Assembly (NCBI GenBank): GCA_012841255.1
Contig: DUUZ01000040.1
Span: 1-28,574, forward strand
Source of the DNA: Clostridiaceae bacterium
GTDB lineage: Bacteria; Bacillota; Clostridia; Saccharofermentanales; DTU023
DNA: 28,574 bases
Direction of reading: 5' to 3'
The notes below the pieces were generated by a model. The model saw only the letters and a list, made by a program, of their open reading frames with translations. It had not been told where the DNA came from and did no database searches. Position numbers and translations under genes: made by a program. Positions 8,669-17,735 of the stretch are shown here, piece by piece (position 1 is the first letter of the stretch; the number at the start of each line of letters is the position of its first letter).

Positions 8669-9462
8669 TTTTCACCTCCCGGATGACGATGGGTGCCGGC
8701 CGCCATGACCAGCGGGTCGATGGCTGCCAGTTCATAGCTCTTGTCCCCGTCCATCCGTTTTTCAATCCGGCGGAGGAGAAAGGAAGCGGCAAGCGTCAGG
8801 GCCAGGTAGCCGCCCATCTCGATGATGGCCGAAGGGAAATACAGGTAGGTGGCCCCGGTCGCCGCCCGGTGGGCGGCGAAGAAATCAGGGAAACCGATGA
8901 TGAACATGACCGAGGTGTCCTTGACATTGATGATGAAGTTGTTGCCGATCTGGGGCATGATGTTGCGCAAAGCCTGGGGCAGGATGACCGATGTCATGCT
9001 CTGGTAATGGTTCATGCCGATGGCCCGGGCACCTTCCGACTGGCCGGGGTCGACGGAGAGGATGCCGCCCCGGACCGATTCCGCCATATAGGCTCCTGTA
9101 TTGATGGAGACAATCAGGATGGAGGCGGCCCAGACGCTTTGGAATTTAACGGCATTCTGCGTGATGTAGGGAAGGCCGTAGTAGATGAAGACGGCTTGCA
9201 GGACCATGGGGGTCCCGCGGAACACTTCCACATAAAGACGGATGGCCGCCCGGATCAGCCGCAGGAAAAAGCGGCGGACCGGGCGGTCGCTGGCCGAAAG
9301 GGGGATGGTGTTGAGGACACCGGCAAGAAAGCCGATGACGCAGCCGGCGGCGGTCGCAATCAGAGCCAGGATGAGTGTGGCCCTGATCCCCCGCAGATAG
9401 GAGTCCCCATATCGCGCCCAGAGTTTGGACAGATCCTGGATCAAGCCTGTAAGTCCTGTCAT
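8665..9462 (-). CDS. Polar amino acid ABC transporter permease (GlnP/HisM family), probably lysine
   Basis: [25 protein letters not shown] and EGARAIGM (EAA loop) motifs. Confidence 0.92.
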   Translation of the reverse strand: MTGLTGLIQDLSKLWARYGDSYLRGIRATLILALIATAAGCVIGFLAGVLNTIPLSASDRPVRRFFLRLIRAAIRLYVEVFRGTPMVLQAVFIYYGLPYITQNAVKFQSVWAASILIVSINTGAYMAESVRGGILSVDPGQSEGARAIGMNHYQSMTSVILPQALRNIMPQIGNNFIINVKDTSVMFIIGFPDFFAAHRAATGATYLYFPSAIIEMGGYLALTLAASFLLRRIEKRMDGDKSYELAAIDPLVMAAGTHRHPGGEK

Positions 9463-9463
9463 A

Positions 9464-10342
9464 TCAGTCCTCGCTTAAGGGTTGGATGCGGATGGCTTCC
9501 TGCATGAGTGCGTTGAAATCATCGCTACTCATGGGCCTCAACACGTCGTTGATGGCCTGCTTAAGATAGGCATTGCCCTTCATGACCGAGATCCCGATAT
9601 TGACATTCTCCGTCCGCTCCTGCTCGCTGAACTGAAAGTCCCCCGGGGTCCCGGAGAAGTCCAGGATGACCATGTCCGGGTAGGCAATGACGGCCCCCTG
9701 GGCGGTGGGCATGTCGGTGCAGACGAAATCCACAATGCCGGTCTCCAGTGCCATCAACATGGCCGGGGCATCGACCGAAGCCGGCTGGATGCGGGCCCCT
9801 TCGATCTGGGGCAGGCACTTCTCGTACCAGATGGTCCCCAGCTGGGCGGTGCAGCTGCCCCCTGCAAGATCGGCCAGGCCACCGGCGGAGGCAAAGGGAC
9901 TGCCTTTTTTGGCCAGGCAGACGATGCTGGCATAGAAGTAGGGGCCGGCAAAATCCACCTGTTCCGAACGGTCGGCAGTCATGGACTGCCCGGCAATGGC
10001 GGCGTCGATATTGCCGGTCATGACAGCCGGGACCAGGGAGTCCCAGTCCGACTGGACGATTTCCAACTCCCAGCCCTGGCTTTCACAGATCATTTTGGCA
10101 ATCATAACATCGTAGCCGTTGGCGTAGGAGCCGGGCACGTTCTTGATGGGGACCGCTCCTTTGGAGTCATCATTCTGGGTCCAGTTGTAGGGTGCATAGG
10201 CACATTCCATGGCGATGGTGAGAATGCCGTCTTCCACGGCCGTCGGAACTTCCTGTCCGGATGGTCCCGTCACGGCCGGTCCGCATGCTGCAAGTGTCAG
10301 CAGGAGCAGAAGGCTCATAAGGCCCGCAATCCAATTCCTCAT
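9464..10342 (-). CDS. Amino acid ABC transporter substrate-binding lipoprotein, probably lysine
   Basis: LAAC lipobox; AMECAYAPYNW; GYDVMIA; AIAGQSMT..R (SBP family 3). Lies downstream of the lysine riboswitch. Confidence 0.9.
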   Translation of the reverse strand: MRNWIAGLMSLLLLLTLAACGPAVTGPSGQEVPTAVEDGILTIAMECAYAPYNWTQNDDSKGAVPIKNVPGSYANGYDVMIAKMICESQGWELEIVQSDWDSLVPAVMTGNIDAAIAGQSMTADRSEQVDFAGPYFYASIVCLAKKGSPFASAGGLADLAGGSCTAQLGTIWYEKCLPQIEGARIQPASVDAPAMLMALETGIVDFVCTDMPTAQGAVIAYPDMVILDFSGTPGDFQFSEQERTENVNIGISVMKGNAYLKQAINDVLRPMSSDDFNALMQEAIRIQPLSED

Positions 10343-10405
10343 TTTGAATCCTTTCCTTCCCGCAAGAGAGCGGGATCCGGCTTCTTCCCCGCCGGCGGGT
10401 CATTC

Positions 10406-10434
10406 AAAAAAAGAACCGCCTTGTCAAGCGGTTC
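10406..10434 (-). terminator. Intrinsic terminator of the lysine riboswitch
   Basis: GAACCGC/GCGGTTC stem followed by a run of 7 U on the minus strand. Confidence 0.88.
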
Positions 10435-10463
10435 ACGGGAATCGGATATTATCCAACACCTCA

Positions 10464-10624
10464 GATAGCGCTCCACATAAGCTTGTGACAGTCCGGCAGA
10501 TCTTCTCTGCCGTCCCAGCACCGGAAGACAAGGCCGTCTTGCCGGAACTTCGGCGGTTTCCCCTTTCATGCCTGCGGCGGCCTTGCCGGATGCTGACATT
10601 ACTCTTTGAAACCGCGCCTCTATC
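10464..10624 (-). ncRNA. Lysine riboswitch (L-box)
   Basis: Conserved blocks in order on the minus strand: gauaGAGGCGC, GAGUA, AAAGGG, GCCGAA, UGGG, ACUGUC, GGAGCGCUauc. P1 closure GAUA/UAUC is present. Confidence 0.93.
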
Positions 10625-10645
10625 GAAAGCGATTCAATTTTCAGC

Positions 10646-10674
10646 AGATTAGCATGAGCGGGAGGGGATGTCAA
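10646..10674 (-). promoter_or_regulatory. Sigma-A promoter of the lysine ABC operon
   Basis: TTGACA (10674-10669), a 17-nt spacer ending TGc, then TAATCT (10651-10646), about 20 nt before the riboswitch. Confidence 0.75.
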
Positions 10675-10740
10675 ATGAGGGGTAGAGAATGAGATTTCAG
10701 GACGATGTCAGCTGTAACTATGGAAATTGATATATTTTCA

Positions 10741-10769
10741 TTGTATGTTCGTTATAGTCGTGTTATTAT
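10741..10769 (+). promoter_or_regulatory. Putative sigma-A promoter of the COG1373 ATPase gene
   Basis: TTGTAT-17 nt-TATTAT with an extended TG; RBS GAAGGAG downstream. Confidence 0.45.
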
Positions 10770-10798
10770 TATTTTAATTCGAAGGAGCTTTCATTCTC

Positions 10799-11986
10799 AT
10801 GATTAAGCGGGAAAATTATCTGAAACAAATCAGACCCTTAATCGGGAACGATCAGATCAAGGTTCTGACGGGGATCCGTAGGGGCGGAAAATCAGTCATG
10901 CTTGAGCATATCCGGGAGGAGTTGATCAGGCAGGGCGTTTCCCCGGAGCGTTTTATTGCCTATAACTTTGAAGAAATGCGGAATCTCCCCTTACGGAAAG
11001 CCGAATCCCTTTTTCATGCAGTCGCAGAACGGATGGCGCAGATAGACGGCAAAGCCTATCTGTTTTTCGATGAAATCCAGGAAGTCCGCGGCTGTGAGGA
11101 GTTTATCGAAAACTTGCAGAAATCCTATGATTGTGAGATCTTCCTGGCCGGTTCCTGTTCAGATGTTCCGGCCGGCTCTTTTGTCCGCTTCAAGATCTTT
11201 CCGTTTTCATTTGCCGAATTTAAAGAAATGTACATCCAGCTCTACCCGGGGGCTCCGGAAAATGAGATCTTTGTCCGCTTCTTCCAGCTGGGCGGCATGC
11301 CGGCCCTGGGCAGCCTCCGCATGGAAGAAGATGCTTCCAAGCTCTACCTGAAAGATCTTTTCGGCTCCCTGGTCTTGCAGGATATTGTCAGGCGCAATGA
11401 GATCCGGGACGTGGAGCTCCTGGAGCGTGTGATCGGTTTTGTCTTTGCCCATCCCGGCACCAGCCTGTCGGCCAATTACATCTCCGGGCAATTCAAAAAA
11501 GAGGGCCGGATTACAGCCAGGGAAACAATCCTCAATTATCTGGAATACGGTGTCAAGGCATCCTTGTTCTACAGGATCCCCCGCCATGACCTGAAAAGGG
11601 ACAAGCTTCTGACTGTCGGCGACAAATTCTACCTGGCGGATCACGGCATCCGGGAGGCGGTCTTCGGCGGCCAGATCAAGGAGATCAACATGATCCTTGA
11701 AAATATTGTCCTCCTGGAGCTTTTGCGGCGGGGCTACCGGGTAACGGCAGGCCTTACCGGATCCTCCGCCATTGATTTTGTTTGCGAGCGGGGGGACAGC
11801 AGGATATACATCCAGGTCGCCTATATCCTGGCCTCTCCCCAAATTGAGGAACAGGAATTCGGAGCCTATGACGCTGTCAGGGATCATTACCCCAAGTATG
11901 TGCTTTCCATGGATGAGACGGATCTGAGCCAGAAGGGCATCCGTCACCGGAATATCCGGGATTTTCTTGTGGATCCCAGCTGGTGA
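10799..11986 (+). CDS. COG1373-type ATP-binding protein (AAA_14 plus DUF4143)
   Basis: GIRRGGKS Walker A and YLFFDEIQ Walker B; K.YLAD.G; ENIVLLEL.RRGY; IDFV...YIQV nuclease-like C-terminus. Confidence 0.88.
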   Translation: MIKRENYLKQIRPLIGNDQIKVLTGIRRGGKSVMLEHIREELIRQGVSPERFIAYNFEEMRNLPLRKAESLFHAVAERMAQIDGKAYLFFDEIQEVRGCEEFIENLQKSYDCEIFLAGSCSDVPAGSFVRFKIFPFSFAEFKEMYIQLYPGAPENEIFVRFFQLGGMPALGSLRMEEDASKLYLKDLFGSLVLQDIVRRNEIRDVELLERVIGFVFAHPGTSLSANYISGQFKKEGRITARETILNYLEYGVKASLFYRIPRHDLKRDKLLTVGDKFYLADHGIREAVFGGQIKEINMILENIVLLELLRRGYRVTAGLTGSSAIDFVCERGDSRIYIQVAYILASPQIEEQEFGAYDAVRDHYPKYVLSMDETDLSQKGIRHRNIRDFLVDPSW

Positions 11987-11994
11987 CCGGTAAG

Positions 11995-12027
11995 AAAGGC
12001 CCTCCCCAATAAGGAGAGAGCCTTTTT
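11995..12027. terminator. Bidirectional intrinsic terminator between convergent genes
   Basis: AAAGGC...GCCTTT stem with A/T runs on both sides; full pairing with G-U on the minus strand. Confidence 0.75.
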
Positions 12028-12049
12028 GTTGCTATGGATTTGGATTGTT

Positions 12050-13477
12050 TCAGTAGGTCAGCGTGATCCTTGGGCTGGAAAGCACATCATAGCGGTTGTC
12101 CATGACCTTAAATACCATTTCGATCAGGCGGATGTCACTGATTTCATAAATGCCGTTCTCCTCCAGGGAGTCATAATCGATACCGATATCAATGACGGCG
12201 GCTCCGCCTTTGGGGATATCAAGTGTCATATTGTAGTAATCGGTCATGTAGTCGTTGACGGAGAGTGCATCGTAGGGATCCGTGAAGATGTAATCCGTGG
12301 ATCCGGTATTCTCAACCAGCAGCAAGAGGTGGATGTCGTCGATGAAGTCGTAGGGATCGGGAAGCAGATCTTTGTAGATAATACGGATGCCGTCCTGATT
12401 GAAAAGTTCCTTGCCGGAGCCGTCGTAGACGGCCTTGGCGCCGGGAACGGTGACCTTGACCTCCCGGGGCTCCAACAGATCCTTATGTTCCCCGTCTTCC
12501 AAAGTGACGGAGAAGAGAATTTCACCGATTTCCTTGACCCCGTAAAGATCAGCGAAATCCTGGCTCAGTCTGGCCGTCAGATCCAGGGCGACCAGTCTCC
12601 TTGTACCGGGGTTGATGAACTGACCGGTCAGTGTTGAATCGTCGACCAGAAGACCGTTCAGGAAGAGGGAACGGGCTGCCAGGTAGATGTGTTCATCGGC
12701 ACTGTTCTCGACCTCCAGAAGGAGCAGGGTGTCTTCATCCTGGTGGATCAGGGTCTGGGACAGGATGTGGATTCCTTTTTCATTGAAAATCTCATCTTCC
12801 GAGAAATGGATCAGTTTGTATTCGAAAAGCTCCTGAGCGGCCTTGTTGACGATGGTCTTCCTGAAGGCGTCCTGGGTCTGGACATGGTCTGCGGCAGATG
12901 TTTTCAGGCTCAGCGGACCAGTGATAAAGAAGCTGTCCCGGTCATCCTTGTCCCGAATATAGAAACCCAGTTCAATCTCCGCCATCTTCGTGACGCCTAA
13001 CAAAGCAAGTTCGTCTGTACTGAAGCGGAGGGATTCGATGGATTTTTTCCCGGCCATGATATCGAAATTGGCGTAGACATCCAGCATCCGTCCATTGACT
13101 GCGGTGCCTCCGCTGTAGTTGAGAAAGCCGGTGGAAATATTCCAGTCTATGTCGGTCTTGTTTTCAAGCTCCAGCTTGAGTTCTGCCGCGTAACTGCCGA
13201 AGGAAAGCTCAAGAGCCGTGATCTTCACGCCCTGCTCGTCAAAAAGGACGGTTTCCTCGATGCTGGATTCTTGAAGATCGCCGGCCCAGGGTTCATCGGA
13301 AGGATCATGGTCCGAGGGTTCGGTCTGGGGGGCCGGTTCAGTGGATCCGGATTCTGCCGGCTTATCTGTTGCGGGCGAAGTTTCAGGCGTCTTGCCCGGG
13401 CCATTGCCGCATCCGGCGAGGATGGCCAGGCTCAAAAAAAGGGCAAGAAAGATCAGTAAATATTTGGAATGTCTCAT
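12050..13477 (-). CDS. Hypothetical acidic lipoprotein with three internal repeats of about 120 aa
   Basis: RBS GAGGAG, ATG 13477 and LAGC lipobox. A Pro/Thr/Glu linker precedes the repeats beginning ETVLFDEQGVKI, DEIFNEKGIHI and KELFNQDGIRI. Confidence 0.8.
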   Translation of the reverse strand: MRHSKYLLIFLALFLSLAILAGCGNGPGKTPETSPATDKPAESGSTEPAPQTEPSDHDPSDEPWAGDLQESSIEETVLFDEQGVKITALELSFGSYAAELKLELENKTDIDWNISTGFLNYSGGTAVNGRMLDVYANFDIMAGKKSIESLRFSTDELALLGVTKMAEIELGFYIRDKDDRDSFFITGPLSLKTSAADHVQTQDAFRKTIVNKAAQELFEYKLIHFSEDEIFNEKGIHILSQTLIHQDEDTLLLLEVENSADEHIYLAARSLFLNGLLVDDSTLTGQFINPGTRRLVALDLTARLSQDFADLYGVKEIGEILFSVTLEDGEHKDLLEPREVKVTVPGAKAVYDGSGKELFNQDGIRIIYKDLLPDPYDFIDDIHLLLLVENTGSTDYIFTDPYDALSVNDYMTDYYNMTLDIPKGGAAVIDIGIDYDSLEENGIYEISDIRLIEMVFKVMDNRYDVLSSPRITLTY

Positions 13478-13736
13478 GGTCAGTCTCCTCTTAAAATACA
13501 TATACATATGTATAACGGTATAATATTAACATATAAAATACATCTGCACCGGTGATTCAGGGCCGGCCAGTGACGGAGGTATTGCTCAAAAAGAAAGAAT
13601 TGGAATAATCTTCGAAACTGCTCCAGCCCGTGTTCAGCTTTTTTCACCATGAAAAGTGCCACTGAATGTCCGGATCTGCTAAGGTGACGGATAGAGCTAT
13701 GACCAATAACGGCCAGACAATGGGAAGAGGATCAAT

Positions 13737-14660
13737 ATGAGTTCTTTTAAAAATCTTCGGATCGTCGACAACTTCTATCAGACATCTTCCTTCTTTCCCA
13801 TGCCGACGGTCCTGATCGGCACACTGACGGATGACGGGAAGACCAGCTTAGGTCCCTTTTCGCTTATTCAGCCCTATTACGTGGCCGGCCGAGACTATTA
13901 CGCCATGCTTCTTTGCTGCCGGAATTCTTCAAACACGGCCCAACACATTCTGGCCAGGGGGGCCTGCTCCATCAATTTCATTCCGGACAAACGGAAATAC
14001 TTCAAGGAGGCGGTGCGGCTGGGCTGGCCGGGGGATACGCCGGCCGAGAAAATGAAGGACTGCCTTTTCACCTTGGAGGAAGGCCTGAGATCTGCAGAAG
14101 ATCCGCGAGGACTCTATCCGAAAGTTGTGGCAGAGAGTTTCCAGGTATTCGAATGCAGCTGGATGCGGGAGCTTGATGAGGCTGGAGGAGACAGGCCTGG
14201 AATTCTGGACGGTTATCCGCCGCCCTATCATGATTTCAACGGTATCACCAGCGAGTTCGGAGCCCATTTCATCCTTCGCGTCGATAAGATTCTGATGAAA
14301 GAAAAATACCACAGGGCCATCATTGACGGGGTGCGCTCCCGGGACTTCCCCCGGGTTCCCGTGGATTACGGTTACCGGGATTCCAAATCTTTCTGGTATA
14401 CCCGGTTTTCCCGGGCTATTCCCCAGATCCTGCCCATGCGTGAGGCAAACCTTGATTCAGTCTGCTATGCGGCTGAACGGATTGATCCGGACATCAAGTT
14501 CACAAGGGAGGCCTGCTCCCGGCTGGTCAAGGTGCCGCGGATCTTTCTCCATACGGCTCTCAAAGGCTGTGTGGCCTGGGCCCGGGACAATCAGGTGACC
14601 TTGATTACAGAGGAGCATATGGACATCATCAACGATAAGCGGGCAAAAGAGAAGAAATAG
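13737..14660 (+). CDS. Flavin reductase-like (FMN split-barrel) protein with a C-terminal PCP_red-like domain
   Basis: N-terminal FPMPTVLIGT, SINF, AEK and ES.QVFEC pattern. C-terminal FTREA..RL.KVP.IF...A....A....V..IT.EHM resembles the BchB/ChlB C-terminal domain. RBS GAGGA. Confidence 0.6.
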   Translation: MSSFKNLRIVDNFYQTSSFFPMPTVLIGTLTDDGKTSLGPFSLIQPYYVAGRDYYAMLLCCRNSSNTAQHILARGACSINFIPDKRKYFKEAVRLGWPGDTPAEKMKDCLFTLEEGLRSAEDPRGLYPKVVAESFQVFECSWMRELDEAGGDRPGILDGYPPPYHDFNGITSEFGAHFILRVDKILMKEKYHRAIIDGVRSRDFPRVPVDYGYRDSKSFWYTRFSRAIPQILPMREANLDSVCYAAERIDPDIKFTREACSRLVKVPRIFLHTALKGCVAWARDNQVTLITEEHMDIINDKRAKEKK

Positions 14661-14769
14661 TTATCCGCCTCTTCCCCATTGCCCTCGGCCAAGTGCTATC
14701 CTGATGCCGATATGATCCGCCCTGATGCCCGGCTTGCATGACAGGCCGACACCCGAAATGGGGGAAGCC

Positions 14770-16731
14770 ATGCTCAAACGTCTGATCGCTTTTATTGCCG
14801 CCCTGCTCCTTCTCATTACCCTGCTCCCGCTTGGAGCATCCGTGCCGTCCGCTGCGGCCGGCCGCGAAACTCTGCCGGATCCCTTTGCAGCTGAAGACTC
14901 CGCCCGGGAAAGGAAGCTTTCCCTCATGCAGGAGGGTATACCCCGTGAGATCCGGGCAGGTTCGCTGGGAACCCGGCCGCCGACTGCTTCGGCCGCTTCA
15001 GGGGAAAAGCGCTATATCGTCGGTTTTCGAAAGAATAGCTCCAAAACAGATATTTCCGGAGTGCTCAAAGATGAAAGATACAGCCTGATCGGTTCCAGCG
15101 ACAACCGGCTGGCCTGCCTGGTGACGGCGGATCTCGACGGTTTTCTCGCCAAGGCAGGCGATCTGGTTGACCAGGTCGAAGAAGACTTTGTGATCCATGC
15201 CCAGAGGGCCGTGGATGATCCCTACGCCCCCGATCAATGGGCGCTGGATTCCATGAAGCTGCGCCCGGCCTGGAACCGGACCATCGGCAGTGTCGGCTTT
15301 TACATTGCGGTTCTTGACACCGGCTTCAACCGGCAGCACCCCGATTTTCAGCCGGGTCATATCCGGGCAGGCTGGGATTATCTGAACTGGGATCATGTTT
15401 ATACCGATCCCAACGGCCACGGGACCAATGTGACCGGTGTGATTGCGGCCGCTGCCAATAACAGCATTGGAATCGCGGGGACAGTCTGGCGTTCGGCCGT
15501 GATCCCCTTCCGTGTCCTGGATGCCAATGGCGACGGTTACGTCAGCGATGCCGTTGGGGCCATTTACGATGCCGCAGACATGGGCTGCCGGGTCATCAAT
15601 CTCAGCCTGGGCCATTACGAATTCCTTGAATTTGAAGAAGAAGCAGTCCGGTATGCCCAGGATAAGGGCGCTATTGTGGTCGCTGCCGCCGGAAATGATA
15701 ACAGCAGCCAATATTCCTATCCTGCTTCCTATGAGGGTGTGTTTTCAGTCGGAGCCGTGACAAGTGAACATCTCCGGGCCAGTTTCTCCAACTACAACGA
15801 TCGGGTGGATCTCGTGGCCCCCGGCCAAAGTGTTTTGACCACGGACGGCAGCCGCTACTATGGCTACGCCAGCGGAACTTCTTTTTCCTCACCCTATGTG
15901 GCGGGGGTTGCGGCTTTGGCTGTTTCGCTCCGGCCCAAGCTTACCGCGGCCCAGTTTCTGGAAGCCGTGAAAGCAACGAGCCGGGATCTGGGCCCCCGGG
16001 GCTATGATGTCAAGTACGGGCATGGGCTGGTGGATGCCAGCGCTCTTCTTGCTTATCTGGACGTATCCTTCCCGGATGTGATCAAGGCCAGCTGGTACCA
16101 CGGCTACGTGATCAATCTGGCCCGCCAGGGGATCGTCAACGGCTATTCCACGGGAACCTTCCGGCCCTCCTACGGAGTCCGCCGGGACCACGCCTCCAAG
16201 ATGATCGCAGTTGCGGCAGGCCTCAACTACAAAGGCAAGCGGGCGGATTTCCCCGACGTCGCCAAAACAGATGAAATGTCCCCCTATATCGCGGCCCTGG
16301 CGGAAGAGGGCGCCATCCGGGGCTATCCGGACGGAACTTTCCGGCCCAAAAAACAGATTACCCGGGAGCAGATCTGTCAGATTACAGCCAAAGCCTTCCA
16401 TCTGGAAATGGGAGACTTGCCCGCTGATTTCACGGATCTTTCGCCAAATGAAGAAATCAGGGGCTATGTCCTGATCCTGGCCAGCAACGGCATTGTCAAG
16501 GGTATAGGCGGTAGTGAACAATTCGATCCCCGAGGGGACGTCACGCGGGCACAGATGACCAAGATTCTCTCCATTGCCATGGCCGTGTCCGCCATCCAGA
16601 AGGCGGAGACGGCCATGTCCCAGGAGGCTGTCGATGCGGCTCAGGCTCTGGTGGATTTCCTGCCGGAGAATCAGGACCTGGATACAAGAGACTATCTGCA
16701 GGCACGGATTGACGCCATTCAAATACCTTGA
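14770..16731 (+). CDS. Secreted S8 subtilase with three SLH domains
   Basis: Signal peptide; catalytic VLDTG, NGHGT and GTSFS; oxyanion AAGN; three SLH motifs. Confidence 0.92.
   Translation: MLKRLIAFIAALLLLITLLPLGASVPSAAAGRETLPDPFAAEDSARERKLSLMQEGIPREIRAGSLGTRPPTASAASGEKRYIVGFRKNSSKTDISGVLKDERYSLIGSSDNRLACLVTADLDGFLAKAGDLVDQVEEDFVIHAQRAVDDPYAPDQWALDSMKLRPAWNRTIGSVGFYIAVLDTGFNRQHPDFQPGHIRAGWDYLNWDHVYTDPNGHGTNVTGVIAAAANNSIGIAGTVWRSAVIPFRVLDANGDGYVSDAVGAIYDAADMGCRVINLSLGHYEFLEFEEEAVRYAQDKGAIVVAAAGNDNSSQYSYPASYEGVFSVGAVTSEHLRASFSNYNDRVDLVAPGQSVLTTDGSRYYGYASGTSFSSPYVAGVAALAVSLRPKLTAAQFLEAVKATSRDLGPRGYDVKYGHGLVDASALLAYLDVSFPDVIKASWYHGYVINLARQGIVNGYSTGTFRPSYGVRRDHASKMIAVAAGLNYKGKRADFPDVAKTDEMSPYIAALAEEGAIRGYPDGTFRPKKQITREQICQITAKAFHLEMGDLPADFTDLSPNEEIRGYVLILASNGIVKGIGGSEQFDPRGDVTRAQMTKILSIAMAVSAIQKAETAMSQEAVDAAQALVDFLPENQDLDTRDYLQARIDAIQIP
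16066..16570 (+). repeat. Three tandem SLH domains (protein-level repeat)
   Basis: FPDV...GIVNGY.TGTFRP...RRDH; FPDV...GAIRGYPDGTFRP...TREQ; FTDL...GIVKG...FDP...TRAQ. Confidence 0.88.
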
Positions 16732-16740
16732 GGGTGTTGC

Positions 16741-16771
16741 AAAAAGGGGCAGCCCTGCCAGGACTGCCCCT
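16741..16771 (-). terminator. Intrinsic terminator ending the grd-DUF2156 transcript
   Basis: AGGGGCAG/CTGCCCCT stem extended by a U-G pair on the minus strand, followed by a U run. Confidence 0.75.
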
Positions 16772-16795
16772 CGATGACCGGGTTCTTGAATCACC

Positions 16796-17719
16796 CTACA
16801 TATAACAGCGTTCCATCCATTCCGGCTTGGACTTGTCCGTATAAACCGTGTACTTGGAGATCAGGGCAACCGGACCGTAGGTCATCTTGGACTGGCGGAG
16901 GCCGGGGTCTCCGTTGTCGTCCTCCCGGTTGACGTAGGCGATGGACTCAGCGTCGCCGAACATCTGCATGAACTCTGAAACCAGCATCTGGTAAACCCCC
17001 CGGTGGCGGACATCGGCCTTTTCCACGTGGACGTAGAGGGTATCTCCCTCGATCTCAGCCAGGGAGAAGCCGGCTACATCATCGCCGACGAAAAGGACGC
17101 CCCCGAACATGCCGTAGTCCTGCATGTTGTGCAGGACCTCCCGGATCTTGCGGGCCTCCTCTTTCAGGGTGCTGTTATCGGGCGGATTGTCCGCTTCCAC
17201 GGCACAGGCAAAATTGCAGACAGCCTCGAGATTATCCTGGTTGATCATCTCGAAGCGCCAGTCGGGGATGCTCCTCAAAAAGCGGTTGATATTATTTCTG
17301 GTCGCCCGGTGCTTGCCGCCTTTCAGCTGGAGGAGGTCCCGGGCGTCATAAAGATAGTCGAAATAGTCCCGTTCGGAGACCGCATGAAATTCGGGGTAGC
17401 GCTGGGAGAGAAGGGGGAGATCCTGATCTCCGACGATGCAGAAAACAAGAGGTTCCCCGATTTCTTCACAGTGCGCTTCCAGAAGAGCCAGGGCTTCCTC
17501 CCGGTTGTTACCGAGAGGAACCGTAAATGCTGTGTGGGTATCAAAGATCCGCATGCTGGTGATCAGGCAGTCTGCCGCAATCACGAACTCGTTCTTGAAC
17601 CAGTCCCGCCACATGAAGATCCCTCCGACCGTGAGGTCGCAGAGTCTTTGGGGGTTGGGGGTCAGGTAGGGCCTGACCAGTGGGATGTGCTTTAATTCAA
17701 GCGGTTGAAAATCCAACAT
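16796..17719 (-). CDS. Stand-alone DUF2156 protein (aminoacyl-phosphatidylglycerol synthase-like, tandem GNAT fold)
   Basis: DYLY...L..LKGGK...RNNINRF, HVEKAD...GVYQ and NREDD.G..GLRQSK.TY.P motifs; no transmembrane segments. Confidence 0.8.
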   Translation of the reverse strand: MLDFQPLELKHIPLVRPYLTPNPQRLCDLTVGGIFMWRDWFKNEFVIAADCLITSMRIFDTHTAFTVPLGNNREEALALLEAHCEEIGEPLVFCIVGDQDLPLLSQRYPEFHAVSERDYFDYLYDARDLLQLKGGKHRATRNNINRFLRSIPDWRFEMINQDNLEAVCNFACAVEADNPPDNSTLKEEARKIREVLHNMQDYGMFGGVLFVGDDVAGFSLAEIEGDTLYVHVEKADVRHRGVYQMLVSEFMQMFGDAESIAYVNREDDNGDPGLRQSKMTYGPVALISKYTVYTDKSKPEWMERCYM

Positions 17720-17735
17720 CAGTAAAGAATCGCCC

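Noticed and set aside
10339-10674. 111-aa minus-strand ORF upstream of the SBP
   Set aside because: It coincides with the promoter, lysine riboswitch and terminator; its 'start' is the -35 box.
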